From an uncultured Gammaproteobacteria bacterium (lineage in GTDB: Bacteria > Pseudomonadota > Gammaproteobacteria > DRLM01), in assembly GCA_963729605.1 (NCBI GenBank), contig CAVSNY010000002.1:96001-160000 (forward strand): DNA of 64,000 bases. The letters are read 5' to 3'. The notes beneath the pieces are model-generated. The model ran no database searches. It was not told the origin of the DNA and worked only from the letters and a program-made list of their open reading frames with translations. The translations under genes and the position numbers were made by a program. Positions 34,163 to 44,766 of the stretch are shown piece by piece (the stretch's first letter is position 1; each line of letters starts with the position of its first letter).

Positions 34163-35095
34163 ATGTCCGCACTGATTTGTGGTTCCTTCGCCTTCGATAC
34201 CATCATGGTGTTTAACGATCAGTTCAAGAACCACATCCTGCCCGACAAGGTGCATATTCTGAATGTGTCGTTCATGGTGCCGGAGCTGCGCCGCGAGTTC
34301 GGCGGTTGCGCTGGAAATATCGCTTACGGTCTGAAGATGCTGGGCGGTGATCCGTTGCCGATGGGCACGGTGGGTAAGGATTTCGGCGCCTACGCGCAGT
34401 GGTTGCGCGATGGCGGTATTCGCCTCGACCACATCAAGACCATCGACTCGGCTTACACCGCCCAGGCCTTCATCACCACCGATATGGACGCCAATCAGAT
34501 CACCGCTTTTCATCCCGGCGCCATGAGCTACGCCCACGAAAATCGCGTGACGGACGCCGCGGGCGTGAAGCTCGGCATCATTTCGCCGGACGGCCGGCAG
34601 GGCATGGTGGAACACGCCGCGCAATTCGCCGAGGCCGGCATTCCGTTCATCTTCGACCCCGGCCAGGGCATGCCGATGTTCGACGGCGACGATTTGCTGC
34701 GTTTCATCGAGCAGGCCAGTTGGGTGACGGTGAATGATTACGAGGCGCAGTTGTTACAGGAGCGCACCCGCTTGTCGCCCCATGAAATCGCCGAACGGGT
34801 GGAGGCCTTGGTGGTGACCCTGGGCGCGGGCGGTTCGCGCATCTACACCCGGGGTCGCCGCATCGACATTGCTTCCGCCACGCCGGACAAGGTGGTGGAT
34901 CCCACCGGTTGCGGCGACGCCTATCGTGCCGGACTGCTCTACGGGCTGCTGAATGAAATGGATTTGGAAACCACCGGCCGCATCGCCTCGCTGATGGGCG
35001 CGATGAAGATCGAACGCCACGGTACTCAGAACTATCAATTCACCCGCGATGAATTCAAGCTGCGTTTTAAAGACAGCTACGGTTATTCTTTTTAA
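34163..35095 (+). CDS. PfkB-family sugar/nucleoside kinase (adenosine-kinase-like)
   Basis: GGCAGNIAY, FDPGQ, VDPTGCGDAYRAG. Confidence 0.9.
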   Translation: MSALICGSFAFDTIMVFNDQFKNHILPDKVHILNVSFMVPELRREFGGCAGNIAYGLKMLGGDPLPMGTVGKDFGAYAQWLRDGGIRLDHIKTIDSAYTAQAFITTDMDANQITAFHPGAMSYAHENRVTDAAGVKLGIISPDGRQGMVEHAAQFAEAGIPFIFDPGQGMPMFDGDDLLRFIEQASWVTVNDYEAQLLQERTRLSPHEIAERVEALVVTLGAGGSRIYTRGRRIDIASATPDKVVDPTGCGDAYRAGLLYGLLNEMDLETTGRIASLMGAMKIERHGTQNYQFTRDEFKLRFKDSYGYSF

Positions 35096-35106
35096 GTTCT
35101 GACTTT

Positions 35107-35357
35107 AGGGCAGTTGTGATTCATTCAGCGCTTCCCGCGGCGTACGGATGCGCCGCCGTTCTCAATGGCGCTAGCCGCGGCAGACGAAGGAAAGCGAAAA
35201 TCACATAGGCGCTTTTCCGCGCGCTGAAAATTTCAGGATGGAATTATCAGCGATTCTCCCAGATACGCCGCGTGCAAGAATGCCTCTCCCTGCTCCGCTC
35301 ACTTATGATCGGGAAAAACAAAAAGCCAGGGAATCTTTGACTAATTCAGAGCTTCCC
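35107..35357. repeat. Dispersed structured element copy A (MITE-like or ncRNA-like)
   Basis: Core 35137-35251 is homologous to 57171-57296; degenerate terminal inverted repeats GGGCAGTTGTGATTCATTC / GACTAATTCAGAGCTTCCC. Confidence 0.6.
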
Positions 35358-35363
35358 CGGGTT

Positions 35364-37022
35364 TCAGTTGAGGGTGTGTTCGGCGGAACGGCGGTGGTTC
35401 CACTGCGAGGCGCCGTAGAACCAGGGGGCAAAATCTTCCCCGCGCAACGGGTAATTGATGTGATACCCCTGCATGGCGTCGCAGCCGCGTTGTTTCAGGA
35501 GTTCCAGGGTCGCCGCATTTTCCACGCCCTCGGCGATCACCTGCAGACCCAGATTGTGGCCGAGGTCGATGGTGGCCTTGACGATGATGGCGTCGTTCTC
35601 GTTTTCGAGCATGTCCAGTACGAAACTCTTGTCGATCTTCAAATGGCTCACCGGCAGTTTCTTCAAATAGGAGAGTGAAGAATAACCGGTGCCGAAGTCG
35701 TCGATGGCGATCCGCACGCCCATGTCGGCGAAACGGCCGAGGATGTGCAGCGCGAGTTCCTGATCGAACATGATGCTGGATTCGGTGATTTCGAGGGTGA
35801 GCCGGTGCGGCGGGAGGTCGTAGGCCGCGATGAGGCCGGTGACTTGATCGGGAAATTCGGGATCGAGCAGGGTTTGCGCCGAAATGTTCACGGCGATGCC
35901 GACGTCGAGGCCGATCGCCCGCCATGCCGCCTGCTGAATCAGCGCGTGTTTGAAGACCCATTGGGTGATCGGATAAATGAGTCCGGTGCGTTCCGCCATG
36001 GGGATGAATTCATCGGGGGTCATGGTGCCGTGGACTTTGTGATCCCAGCGTACCAGCACTTCCACCTCGTGCACGCCGTTGGTGCGGTTGCTGACGATGG
36101 GTTGAAAACGCAAAGACAGTTCGTCGTTTTTGATGGCCTCACGCAGCTCGCTCATCAAGGTGAGGCGGTGGGGACTTTGTTGGTCGAGTTTTTCCGAATA
36201 GAGCACGAAGCTTTTTTTCTCCTGCTTGGCGGCGTACATCGCCACGTCGGTGCGTTGCAGCAGGGTGTCGGCGTCGGTGCCGTGTTCGGGAAACAGCGCC
36301 GCGCCGATGCTGGCCTCCACGTCTATCTTCAAACTGTCCAGCGTATAAGGTGGCGCGAGGGCGTTTTGAATCTTGTTTACCACGGTATGGACATCTTTGA
36401 GCGAGGTAAGCGGGTTGAGAATGATCGCGAATTCGTCACCGCCGAGCCGGGCCAGGGTATCGGCCTCGCGCACCACGTGTTTGAGCCGGTTCGCCACGTG
36501 TTTCAGTAACCGGTCGCCCTGATAATGGCCGAGGGTTTCATTGATGTCTTTAAAATGGTTGAGGTCGAGCAATAACACCGCCAACGCGCGTTTTTCGCGT
36601 TGCGCGCTGTGGATGGCCTGTTGCAGGCGATCGCGCAGCAAGACCCGGTTGGGCAGATCGGTGAGCGCGTCGTGCGTGGCGTCGTGCATGGCCTGGTATT
36701 CCAGCGCGGTGGTCTTGGTGCGCAGGTCCTGGGTTTGGTCGATCACCATCGCGCCGGCTTCGTAGGCGATCACCGAGCTGACGTATTGGCCCCAGAAGGC
36801 GAAAATAAACGGCATGAGATCCAAGGCCCACAAGGCCACGTTGCCGCGTTGCGCGGCGATGATGCCTTCGAGGGTGACTTCGCCGTAATTGATGAAGCTG
36901 ATCAGGATGGACGCGACCACGATGGCGCCCACCGCGATGGCGACGCCGTAGATCGCGGGCCGGGTGGCCTTGCCCTTCAGCAGGCGGACGTTGTCGCTGA
37001 GAATCTGACTGATAGGCATCAT
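35364..37022 (-). CDS. Membrane-anchored diguanylate cyclase/phosphodiesterase (GGDEF-EAL)
   Basis: Two N-terminal TMs, HDALTDLPNR, ARLGGDEF, EVLVRW, IDDFGTGYSSL, KIDKSF, AEGVE. Confidence 0.93.
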   Translation of the reverse strand: MMPISQILSDNVRLLKGKATRPAIYGVAIAVGAIVVASILISFINYGEVTLEGIIAAQRGNVALWALDLMPFIFAFWGQYVSSVIAYEAGAMVIDQTQDLRTKTTALEYQAMHDATHDALTDLPNRVLLRDRLQQAIHSAQREKRALAVLLLDLNHFKDINETLGHYQGDRLLKHVANRLKHVVREADTLARLGGDEFAIILNPLTSLKDVHTVVNKIQNALAPPYTLDSLKIDVEASIGAALFPEHGTDADTLLQRTDVAMYAAKQEKKSFVLYSEKLDQQSPHRLTLMSELREAIKNDELSLRFQPIVSNRTNGVHEVEVLVRWDHKVHGTMTPDEFIPMAERTGLIYPITQWVFKHALIQQAAWRAIGLDVGIAVNISAQTLLDPEFPDQVTGLIAAYDLPPHRLTLEITESSIMFDQELALHILGRFADMGVRIAIDDFGTGYSSLSYLKKLPVSHLKIDKSFVLDMLENENDAIIVKATIDLGHNLGLQVIAEGVENAATLELLKQRGCDAMQGYHINYPLRGEDFAPWFYGASQWNHRRSAEHTLN

Positions 37023-37240
37023 GGGTTATAGGATCTCCGTTCCGATTGCCAACGCCGGCTAAGTTCCTCTGGCGTGCGTGCCTCCAACATCCTTATTGGA
37101 GCACTGCGTATGGCCGGCGATGAGGCGCCAGTATACTCCGCGACTTCGCCGCTGCGAAGTTGTATCTTTGGTCCACGAAAAGCGTTACGAATCGATGCGG
37201 CAATGTCGCCGCGCGGCGACTGCGCGCGAAACGCCGTCCC

Positions 37241-38662
37241 TCAATTCCGGGATGACGGATCGTCATTGCGTTCGTTGACGCCGTGCCTGCGGCGCTTGGG
37301 CAAGATCACGTCGAAGATCACGCCGGCCAGGGCGTGGACGTGAGAGACGCGGAAGATCAAACCGCTCACCGACATGGGCGGCACTTCGCGCACCTCGCGC
37401 AATTGTGGGATGAAGGTGAGCGCGACGATCAGTCGCGCGAGCGACGAAATCAAAAAGACGCCCAATAAGACGCTGCCCCAGCGATACGTCTCGCCGCCCA
37501 GGGTGAGCTGGTCGGGCAGGATCATGCCCAAATAACCGCCGAGCAGTGCGCCGAGAAACACGCCGACGCCCATCAAGACGTTGTGATAGGCCACATAGGT
37601 GGCGCGCTTGGGGCTGGGGACCAGATCGTAGATGAAATTGCCGGCGCTCAAACTGAAACCCGCCCATATCAATCCGCCGAAGGCCTGCACCGCCAGCAGA
37701 TACCAGTAGTCGGTGGAGAACAACCACAGGACGGGCAGTAAAGGAATGATCAATCCGGTGGCGGCGAGTATCAGACGATTGCCGAAGAGGTCGCTGATGC
37801 GCCCCCACATGGTGAGCGTGAGAAATTGCGCCAGCACCGAGGCGGCGGTGTTGGCCATGAACATCAGATAGGTGAAATGCAGATCGCGCAACATGTAGAC
37901 CGTGAAAAACGGCGAGGCGATCGCCACCGAGAACTGCATGAAGGCGTAGAACAGCGAGAAACGCGCGAAGGCCGAGTGGCGGGCGCGCCGCAATAAATCC
38001 CGCGGCGCGGGCAGGTCGAACAGCGCGCCGGTGCGCGGCGGGTCGTACATGCGGCGCAGGTGGTGCGCCGACACCAGGCGCGCCACGGCGGCGATGGTGA
38101 AAATGGTCAGGTAACCGGCGATGGTGAGGGCGTTGCTGTCGAACACATGCAAAATCACGCCGCCGGCGATGAGGGCGATAAACGACATGACACTCGCCAC
38201 CCGGGTGCGCAGCGCGAAGAAACGGCCGCGGGTCTGTTCCGGCACCAGGTCGCCCATCATGCTGCTCCACTGCGGCGTGGCCAGATGGCCCGCGGCGTGG
38301 TAGACGATGACACTGGCGATCAGCAGGGGTACGGCATAGGCGGGGAACAACAGCGGCAATAACATCAGCGGCAGCCAGGCCGCGGCCTGCAGGTACACGC
38401 CGGCGAGGATGAGGGGTTTGCGGATACCTCGGCGGTGTCCCCACCAGGCCGACAGCAATTGCATGAACGAGCCCAGCAGCGGCGGCAGCGACGACAACAG
38501 CGCCACCTGGGCGGTGCTGGCCTTGAGGAAGACAGCGAAGGCGGAGAAATAGGTTTCGCCGGCGCCGGTCATCACCGAATACGCGGCGGCGTCGCGCACC
38601 GAATGGTGCAGCGAACGCTCGACGACCGGATCCGGGGCTGAGGTTGAAGTACGTTCCGACAC
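37241..38662 (-). CDS. MFS transporter
   Basis: About 12 TM segments, WSSMMGDLVP..RGRFFALR, WGRISDLFGNR. Confidence 0.85.
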   Translation of the reverse strand: MSERTSTSAPDPVVERSLHHSVRDAAAYSVMTGAGETYFSAFAVFLKASTAQVALLSSLPPLLGSFMQLLSAWWGHRRGIRKPLILAGVYLQAAAWLPLMLLPLLFPAYAVPLLIASVIVYHAAGHLATPQWSSMMGDLVPEQTRGRFFALRTRVASVMSFIALIAGGVILHVFDSNALTIAGYLTIFTIAAVARLVSAHHLRRMYDPPRTGALFDLPAPRDLLRRARHSAFARFSLFYAFMQFSVAIASPFFTVYMLRDLHFTYLMFMANTAASVLAQFLTLTMWGRISDLFGNRLILAATGLIIPLLPVLWLFSTDYWYLLAVQAFGGLIWAGFSLSAGNFIYDLVPSPKRATYVAYHNVLMGVGVFLGALLGGYLGMILPDQLTLGGETYRWGSVLLGVFLISSLARLIVALTFIPQLREVREVPPMSVSGLIFRVSHVHALAGVIFDVILPKRRRHGVNERNDDPSSRN

Positions 38663-38856
38663 AAACCTTTCCTGCGCGGCCGCCCGCCGTCATGATGGGT
38701 GCCGCAATGAACGCCACGATAGTATGATGTGACCAACAGGCCGCAAGCCGGTGGTCATTGTACTCCCAAGCCCGGCGCCGCGTTATGCGCCGCCGCGCTT
38801 GCATGAAGGCATGATTATGCGAGGAATTCCCGCCGGGCTGTCGGGGAAGGTGTGGT

Positions 38857-38978
38857 TAGAACTATCTCAAAATTGATTTTAAGCGTATTCGCCCCCTATG
38901 ACGCCTATGAACATTGATTATTTCCCGAGAAATACGGATAGGGAGCGCAAACGGTTCCCAGTTTTGGGATAGGTTCTA
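38857..38978. mobile_element. MITE-like element of about 122 bp
   Basis: Terminal inverted repeats TAGAACTATCTCAAAA / TTTTGGGATAGGTTCTA, TA at both ends, AT-rich non-coding interior. Confidence 0.6.
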
Positions 38979-39036
38979 TTAAAACAGGCATTGACCAAGC
39001 CTCATGTCTGGGGTCTACGCCATGGTTTTTTCAGCA

Positions 39037-39075
39037 CCCTCTCCCGCGGGCGGGAGAGGGTTGGGGTGAGGGGGG
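39037..39075. repeat. BoxC-like palindromic repeat
   Basis: CCCTCTCCCGCGGGCGGGAGAGGGTTGGGGTGAGGGGG. Confidence 0.7.
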
Positions 39076-39197
39076 ATTAACGATCATCTCCCTTCCTTGT
39101 TCACTTGTGGAAGAGGGAGCGTACTCGCGGGCTTTTCGTGCCTCTCGGTAGGCGAGGCGTGGTTTGTATGGTTCTTATGTAACAGGGGAGAGGCGAT

Positions 39198-39680
39198 ATG
39201 CCGTCATTCGACGTGGTATCGGAAGTGGATATGCACGAGGTGAGCAACGGGGTGGACCAGGCCAACCGCGAGGTGGGCACCCGTTTCGATTTCAAGGGCA
39301 GCAACGCCCGTTATGACCGCAACGAGGCCGAGATCACCTTGCACGCGCAGAGCGATTTTCAGCTCAAGCAGATGCTGGAAATCCTCAAGGACAAGCTGGT
39401 GCGCCGCAGTGTGGACATCGCCTGTCTGGAGATCAAAGACCCCGAGCTGTCCGGCAAGGAGGCGCGCCAGGTGGTGATCCTGCGCCAGGGTTTGGACGCC
39501 GCGCTATGTCGCGAGGTCGTCAAACTCATCAAGGACGCCAAACTCAAGGTCCAGGCCGCGATCCAGGGTGAAAAAGTGCGGGTGACCGGTAAAAAACGCG
39601 ACGACTTGCAGGAGGTGATCGCCCTCTTGCGCGGCGCCAAACTGGCGATGCCGCTCCAGTTCAACAATTTTCGGGATTGA
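39198..39680 (+). CDS. yajQ: YajQ-family nucleotide/c-di-GMP-binding protein
   Basis: [48 protein letters not shown]. Confidence 0.96.
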   Translation: MPSFDVVSEVDMHEVSNGVDQANREVGTRFDFKGSNARYDRNEAEITLHAQSDFQLKQMLEILKDKLVRRSVDIACLEIKDPELSGKEARQVVILRQGLDAALCREVVKLIKDAKLKVQAAIQGEKVRVTGKKRDDLQEVIALLRGAKLAMPLQFNNFRD

Positions 39681-39839
39681 ATGGAAATACGCCGGCCGCG
39701 CGAATTGCCTGTTTTGATGCGGTCGGCCACCGCCCCTCACCCTGACGGCGCGCGCCTGCCTGCCGGTGAAGGGAAATTTTCAGCGGCGGATGGGTGATCA
39801 TGTTCGCCATGCTCGAAATCGCCGTCGAGATGGATTTGG

Positions 39840-41186
39840 TTACTCGGCCGTGTCCGCTTCCAGTTTGCCCACGAAACGGATGGTGTCGAAGCGGCGCTGC
39901 AATTGTTTGCTGAAGAAGTCCCGCATCAATATCCCTTCGCTGTAACGCACGCGGTCGCCGGTCCGAAACTCCATGCGGCCGGCGGCCAGCCATTCGCGGC
40001 CGTCGCCGTCGTCCACTTCCAGATAAATGTAGGTGCCGCCGTCCAGCGCCTCGGTAATCACCCCGGCGTGAGGGAGCTGCACGCGTTGGACGGGCACCGG
40101 CGCCGTGCCGCTCTTTTCTGAATTCAATGCCGCGCGCAGATCGCCTTGCGCATCGAAGGCGGCGACGAACGCGCTGTTGAAATAACCGTCTTGATTGGTC
40201 CCGCCGATCACGTAGAGCCGGTCGCGGACCACCAGCGCGCCGAAGTCGGCGAGAGGCAACGGCAGCGGCGTGGTTGCGCGCCAGGGTCCCGGCGCGCCGT
40301 CCGCGCCGTCCGCGCCGACGGCGCTGGTTTCGATGACGTCGTAAAAAGTGGCGCCGCTCAAACCGCCGAGGGTGTAAAGCCGGCCGCCGTGCGCGAGCGC
40401 GCTCAGACCATAACGGCCGTGTTGCAAGTCCGGTGCGTTTCGCCATTCGGCATCGCCATCGTCTTGCCGGAGCGCGCGCCATTCCACCGCGGTTTCACCG
40501 CCGCCGCCCTGCTGGGCGTGGCCGCCGGCGATATAAATGTGGTCGGCGGTTTGCGCCGCGCCGTGGATGTAACGGGGGATGGTCAAGGTTTGATCGAGCA
40601 GTTCCCACGCGCCGAGACTGCCGTCCTTGTGTATGCGCGCGCGTTCCACGCTGTCGAGCAGGGCGCCGCTGTAGCCACCGAAGGCGTAGAGGTAATCGCC
40701 GATCACCGCCACCTTGGCGCAACGGCGCGGCAGCCGCAGCGGCTGCGGTTCGGGTTGCCAGGGACCGAGCGCGCCGTCGGCGAGTATCGCCGCGCGTTCC
40801 ACGCTGCGTAATAGCGTGCTGCCGTTGGGGCCGTTGCCGCCGCCTACCGCGTAGATGAAATCGTTATGGGCCGCCACGCCGAAGAAACCGCGCGCCTCAT
40901 TCATCGCGCTGCCGGCGCGCCAGGCGGCGAGCGTGCCGTCGGCCTGCAACGCGGTGTACTCGCTGGTGTTCAAAAAACGCACGCCGTCCACGCCGCCGAC
41001 GGCATACAACATCCCGTTGACGGCGAGCACGCCCGCGCCGGCCCGCGCGGTGATCAACGGCGCGGTTTCTTGCCAGGCTTGGGTCGTGGCCTGGCCGGCG
41101 GTGACATTCATCATCAGCCCCAGGGCCAGCATCAGCAGCAGGGGCCGGTGAGTTTTGATACCCGCCTTGTGTGGTAAATGGTACAT
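39840..41186 (-). CDS. Exported Kelch-repeat beta-propeller with a C-terminal NrfJ-like OB-fold domain
   Basis: Hydrophobic signal segment; six Kelch blades (LYAVGG, IYAVGG, LYAFGG, IYIAGG, LYTLGG, LYVIGG); C-terminal GGTYIYLEV..WLAA..MRDFFSKQLQRRFDTIRFV. Confidence 0.75.
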   Translation of the reverse strand: MYHLPHKAGIKTHRPLLLMLALGLMMNVTAGQATTQAWQETAPLITARAGAGVLAVNGMLYAVGGVDGVRFLNTSEYTALQADGTLAAWRAGSAMNEARGFFGVAAHNDFIYAVGGGNGPNGSTLLRSVERAAILADGALGPWQPEPQPLRLPRRCAKVAVIGDYLYAFGGYSGALLDSVERARIHKDGSLGAWELLDQTLTIPRYIHGAAQTADHIYIAGGHAQQGGGGETAVEWRALRQDDGDAEWRNAPDLQHGRYGLSALAHGGRLYTLGGLSGATFYDVIETSAVGADGADGAPGPWRATTPLPLPLADFGALVVRDRLYVIGGTNQDGYFNSAFVAAFDAQGDLRAALNSEKSGTAPVPVQRVQLPHAGVITEALDGGTYIYLEVDDGDGREWLAAGRMEFRTGDRVRYSEGILMRDFFSKQLQRRFDTIRFVGKLEADTAE

Positions 41187-41188
41187 GG

Positions 41189-43270
41189 CTACGCCACCAC
41201 CTCGGTCTTGCCGAGTTCGGCCTCCAACGTGCTCAACTCCGTGATGGGCGCGGAACACTGAATGCCGGTGCAGACATACGCGGTGACCGTGCCGCGCGCG
41301 CCGCGTTCGGCGAGGGCGCCGGGCAGATTGCGCGCGTCGTTGGGAATGGCGATGGTGAAACGGCGCGGCGCGTAGAATCGCTGGGCCCGTGCCTGCCAGA
41401 TTTTCAGAGGTTCGCCTTCGCCGCGCAACACGATCAATTGCGGCGGATAGAGTTGATCCTCCAGCGCGGCGAGCAGGGAATCGTGGGCGTAGGGCAGATC
41501 GGACAAAGTGGTCCACGCTGCGTGCAGCGTATTTTCGGCGGCGGCGAGATAACGGTGGTTATTCAGCAAATGCCCCAGGCGGCCGAGCACCTGCGCCGCC
41601 ACGCCGTTGCCGGCGGGCGTGGCCTCGTCGCTATAGGGTTTGGGGCGATGAATGAGCGTTTCGTGATCGTCGGCGGTGAAGAAAAAGCCGCCGTGTTCTT
41701 TGTCTTCGTAATGCGCGAGCAGGCCGTCGGCCAAGGCCGCCGCGAACTCCAGATCGCCGTCGCGCCAGCGGGCTTGCAGCAATTCCAATATGCCGTCGAT
41801 GAGAAAGGCGTAGTCGTCGAGATAGGCGTTGAAGCGGGCGCGGCCGTCTTTGTACGCCGCCAGCAGGCGTCCGTCGCGCCAGAGTTGGGCGCGGATGAAA
41901 TCCAGCGCCCGCTCCGCCGAGGCGAGATAAGCCGGTTCGTCGAGCCGCCGCCCGGCGGCGGCCATGCCTTTGATCATCAGCCCGTTCCAACTGGTGAGGA
42001 CTTTTTCGTCGCGGCCGGGGCGCACGCGCCGTTCGCGCGTGGCGAATAACTTCGGGCGGGCGCCGTCGACGATCTTGAGGATTTCTTCCGGGGTCTTCGC
42101 AAAATTTTCCGCGAGGGCGCGCAGTCCCGTGAACACATGCAGGTGCCAATGGTGTTCAAAGTTGGGCGGACGGTCGAGGCCGTAGCGTTGCGCGATCACG
42201 GGATATTCCACGTCGTCCAACAGCGCGCGCGCCTCGTCGGGTGTCCACGCGTAAAATTTTCCCTCTTCGCCCTCGGAGTCGGCGTCCAAGGTGGCGTAGT
42301 AGCCGCCCGCCGGTGCCTGCATCTCGCGGACGGTCCAGTGCGCCGTCTCGTGGACGACGCGCAGGAACAGCGGATTGCCGGTGATCTGCCAGGCCTGCAC
42401 GTAGAGCGCGAGCAGCGGACCGTTGTCGTAGAGCATTTTTTCGAAGTGGGGAATCATCCACTGCTCATCGACGCTGTAGCGGTAGAAACCGCCGCCCAGT
42501 TGATCGTACAGGCCGCCGTCGGCCATCTTGATCAAAGTGGTGACCGCCATCTCCAGCGCTTGCGTATCGGCCTGGCTGCTCGATGACGTGGCGGCCCAGT
42601 GACGGAATAAACGTTCGAGATGGGTGGGATGGGGGAATTTCGGCGCCTGGCCGAAGCCGCCGTTTTGCGGGTCGTAGAGATGGCCGAGTTGATTGCGGGC
42701 GATGTCGAAGGGCGCGGGATTGATGGCGCCTTCGGCCGGCACCGGCGCGCCGAGGCTGTCCAGGACGCTCATCAGCTGCACGGTTTGTTTGTCGATGTCG
42801 CCGCGTTGTTCGCGGTAAAAGCCGGCGACTTGTTGCAAGACATCGCGGAACGACGGCATGCCGTAACGCGGCGTGTCGGGAAAATAGGTGCCGGCGAAAT
42901 ACGGCACGAGATCCCGCGGCAGGAGGAACACCGTGAGTGGCCAGCCGCCGCCGCGGCCGGCGAGGACTTGATGGGCGAGCTGATAAATCTTGTCGAGGTC
43001 GGGGCGCTCTTCGCGGTCCACCTTGATGTTGACGAACAGGCGGTTCATCAGCTCCGCGGTGGCGGGGTTCTCGAAGGATTCATGGGCCATCACGTGACAC
43101 CAGTGACAGGCGGAATAACCGATCGAGAGCAGGATCGGTTTGTCCTCGGCGCGGGCCCGCGCCAGGGCCGCGTCATTCCATGGGTGCCAGTCCACCGGGT
43201 TGTCGGCGTGCTGCAATAAATAGGGGCTGGTTTCCTGCGCGAGCAGGTTGCGGGGTCCGGACGGGTTCAT
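41189..43270 (-). CDS. YyaL/SSP411 (DUF255) thioredoxin plus alpha/alpha-barrel protein
   Basis: [51 protein letters not shown]. Confidence 0.95.
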   Translation of the reverse strand: MNPSGPRNLLAQETSPYLLQHADNPVDWHPWNDAALARARAEDKPILLSIGYSACHWCHVMAHESFENPATAELMNRLFVNIKVDREERPDLDKIYQLAHQVLAGRGGGWPLTVFLLPRDLVPYFAGTYFPDTPRYGMPSFRDVLQQVAGFYREQRGDIDKQTVQLMSVLDSLGAPVPAEGAINPAPFDIARNQLGHLYDPQNGGFGQAPKFPHPTHLERLFRHWAATSSSSQADTQALEMAVTTLIKMADGGLYDQLGGGFYRYSVDEQWMIPHFEKMLYDNGPLLALYVQAWQITGNPLFLRVVHETAHWTVREMQAPAGGYYATLDADSEGEEGKFYAWTPDEARALLDDVEYPVIAQRYGLDRPPNFEHHWHLHVFTGLRALAENFAKTPEEILKIVDGARPKLFATRERRVRPGRDEKVLTSWNGLMIKGMAAAGRRLDEPAYLASAERALDFIRAQLWRDGRLLAAYKDGRARFNAYLDDYAFLIDGILELLQARWRDGDLEFAAALADGLLAHYEDKEHGGFFFTADDHETLIHRPKPYSDEATPAGNGVAAQVLGRLGHLLNNHRYLAAAENTLHAAWTTLSDLPYAHDSLLAALEDQLYPPQLIVLRGEGEPLKIWQARAQRFYAPRRFTIAIPNDARNLPGALAERGARGTVTAYVCTGIQCSAPITELSTLEAELGKTEVVA

Positions 43271-43349
43271 GGTTTACCGCGACGAAGAGGGCTTGCCGCA
43301 GTATAACGCGTGGGGATGGAGGTGTCCCGCGCGCGGCGATCAAGGCGAT

Positions 43350-44267
43350 TTATTGCGAGGGCAGGAAGTCGACCGGCCAGGTGAAGACGATGCTGTCGAC
43401 GTTTTTGGCGCCGAATTGGAAGAGCTTGATGCGCGCCACCAGTTTGCGCACCAGATCGTCGTCCTTCAATTCCGAGGAGACCACTTTGCACTCGCTGACA
43501 TCGCCCGCCGGAGTGATGGTGATTTCCAAAACCACTTTGCCTTGCAAGGCCGGATTGGCGCGCAAGGCGCGGTGATACAGCGCGTAGATCGCGCCTTTGT
43601 TTTGATCGAGGATCAGTTGTATCTGTTCGGCGCTGCGGCCGGGCTTGCGGCCGTCGCGTTTGGGGTTGGCCTTTTGTTCGTCCTGCAAGGCCTGGCTTTC
43701 CACCACCGTGGTCTCGCGGGCGGCCAATTGGGCCTGCCCCGGCTCGCGAGCCAAGCTCGAGACGCTGATGCCGCCGCTGCCGCCGGTGGCGGTGGAGGTG
43801 ATGATGGAACGGCGGCCGCTATTTTGATCGCCGGCTTGCGTGAGCGGTTTGCCGGCCAGCACGCCGCTCAAGGAGTTTTGCCGCAGCGCGGCCAATTCAT
43901 TTTGCATGGCGAGCAAGCCGGTCTTGGCGGCCTTTTCGCGGGCCGCTTGCACGTCCGGCGCCGCCGCCTCTTTTTTCACCGCCGGCTTGGTCTCGTCGAG
44001 TTTTTTTTCCGGTTCGGGTTGGGGTTCTTCCAGCTTGGGCGGCGGCGGGGGCGGTTGAGGCTTTTCCTTGAGCACTAATTTCGCCAAACGCGGCGGCAGG
44101 CGTTCCGCTTCGACGCGATCGGGTTTGGGCACGTCCAACCACGCCACGACGATGCAGATGGCCAAAAACACCGCCAAGGTCACGCCGGTGATGAGGCGGA
44201 AGCGCTTTTCTTCCTCCAGCGCGGGGCTCCAAGGCAATTCCGTCGAGTGGTAGTAGGCGGCGCTCAT
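43350..44267 (-). CDS. TonB-like AgmX/PglI C-terminal-domain protein (GltG-like)
   Basis: LPW N-terminus, single TM, Pro-rich linker, C-terminal GAIYALYHRALRANPALQGKVVLEITITPAG..F. Confidence 0.82.
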   Translation of the reverse strand: MSAAYYHSTELPWSPALEEEKRFRLITGVTLAVFLAICIVVAWLDVPKPDRVEAERLPPRLAKLVLKEKPQPPPPPPKLEEPQPEPEKKLDETKPAVKKEAAAPDVQAAREKAAKTGLLAMQNELAALRQNSLSGVLAGKPLTQAGDQNSGRRSIITSTATGGSGGISVSSLAREPGQAQLAARETTVVESQALQDEQKANPKRDGRKPGRSAEQIQLILDQNKGAIYALYHRALRANPALQGKVVLEITITPAGDVSECKVVSSELKDDDLVRKLVARIKLFQFGAKNVDSIVFTWPVDFLPSQ

Positions 44268-44271
44268 GGGG

Positions 44272-44766
44272 TCAACCCGGCTTATTGTGCTTTTGCATCA
44301 CCGCCAGGGAGATGTTGGTGTATTCCGCCTGGGTGCAGGTGACCATGATTTTTTTCAGCAGCAGATAAGGTAGCTGCCGGTCGCCCATGATGGTGATCTC
44401 GCCCGCGCTCCGGCCGCCGTCTTGCCGTGAACGTTGGGCCTGATAACTCAGTTCCTCCAAGAGGCCGGGAATGAGGTCGTCCGCCGCGGCCAAGGATTCG
44501 GCGACGTCGGCGACCTTGCGGCCCTGTACCAGGATGTCCTGGTTATTGATCATCACCACGATGGTTTCCTTGGGCGTCTTCTCCGCGGTGGACACCGGCA
44601 GTTGCAAGGTTTTGCTGCTGGGCACGTTTTGCACGGTGGTGGAGTTGACCAGCAGGAAGAACACCAGAATGGTGAAGATGTCCATCAAGGACACCATGTT
44701 GATGAGGGCGACGCGTTTGCGCTTGTGATGGCGTTCCATGCGTTTGGCGCGGCGCGACATCTTCAT
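44272..44766 (-). CDS. ExbD/TolR-family protein (AglS-like)
   Basis: INMVSLMDIFTILVFFLL TM with the conserved Asp; IMGDRQLPY..IMVTC. Confidence 0.88.
   Translation of the reverse strand: MKMSRRAKRMERHHKRKRVALINMVSLMDIFTILVFFLLVNSTTVQNVPSSKTLQLPVSTAEKTPKETIVVMINNQDILVQGRKVADVAESLAAADDLIPGLLEELSYQAQRSRQDGGRSAGEITIMGDRQLPYLLLKKIMVTCTQAEYTNISLAVMQKHNKPG

Noticed and set aside
35364-39680. GGDEF-EAL, MFS and yajQ as a single c-di-GMP module
   Set aside because: yajQ is divergent and a common housekeeping gene; proximity alone is not evidence.
41187-41516. N-terminal extension of the Kelch ORF to 41516
   Set aside because: It overlaps yyaL in another frame; ATG 41186 gives coupling to yyaL and a signal-like N-terminus.
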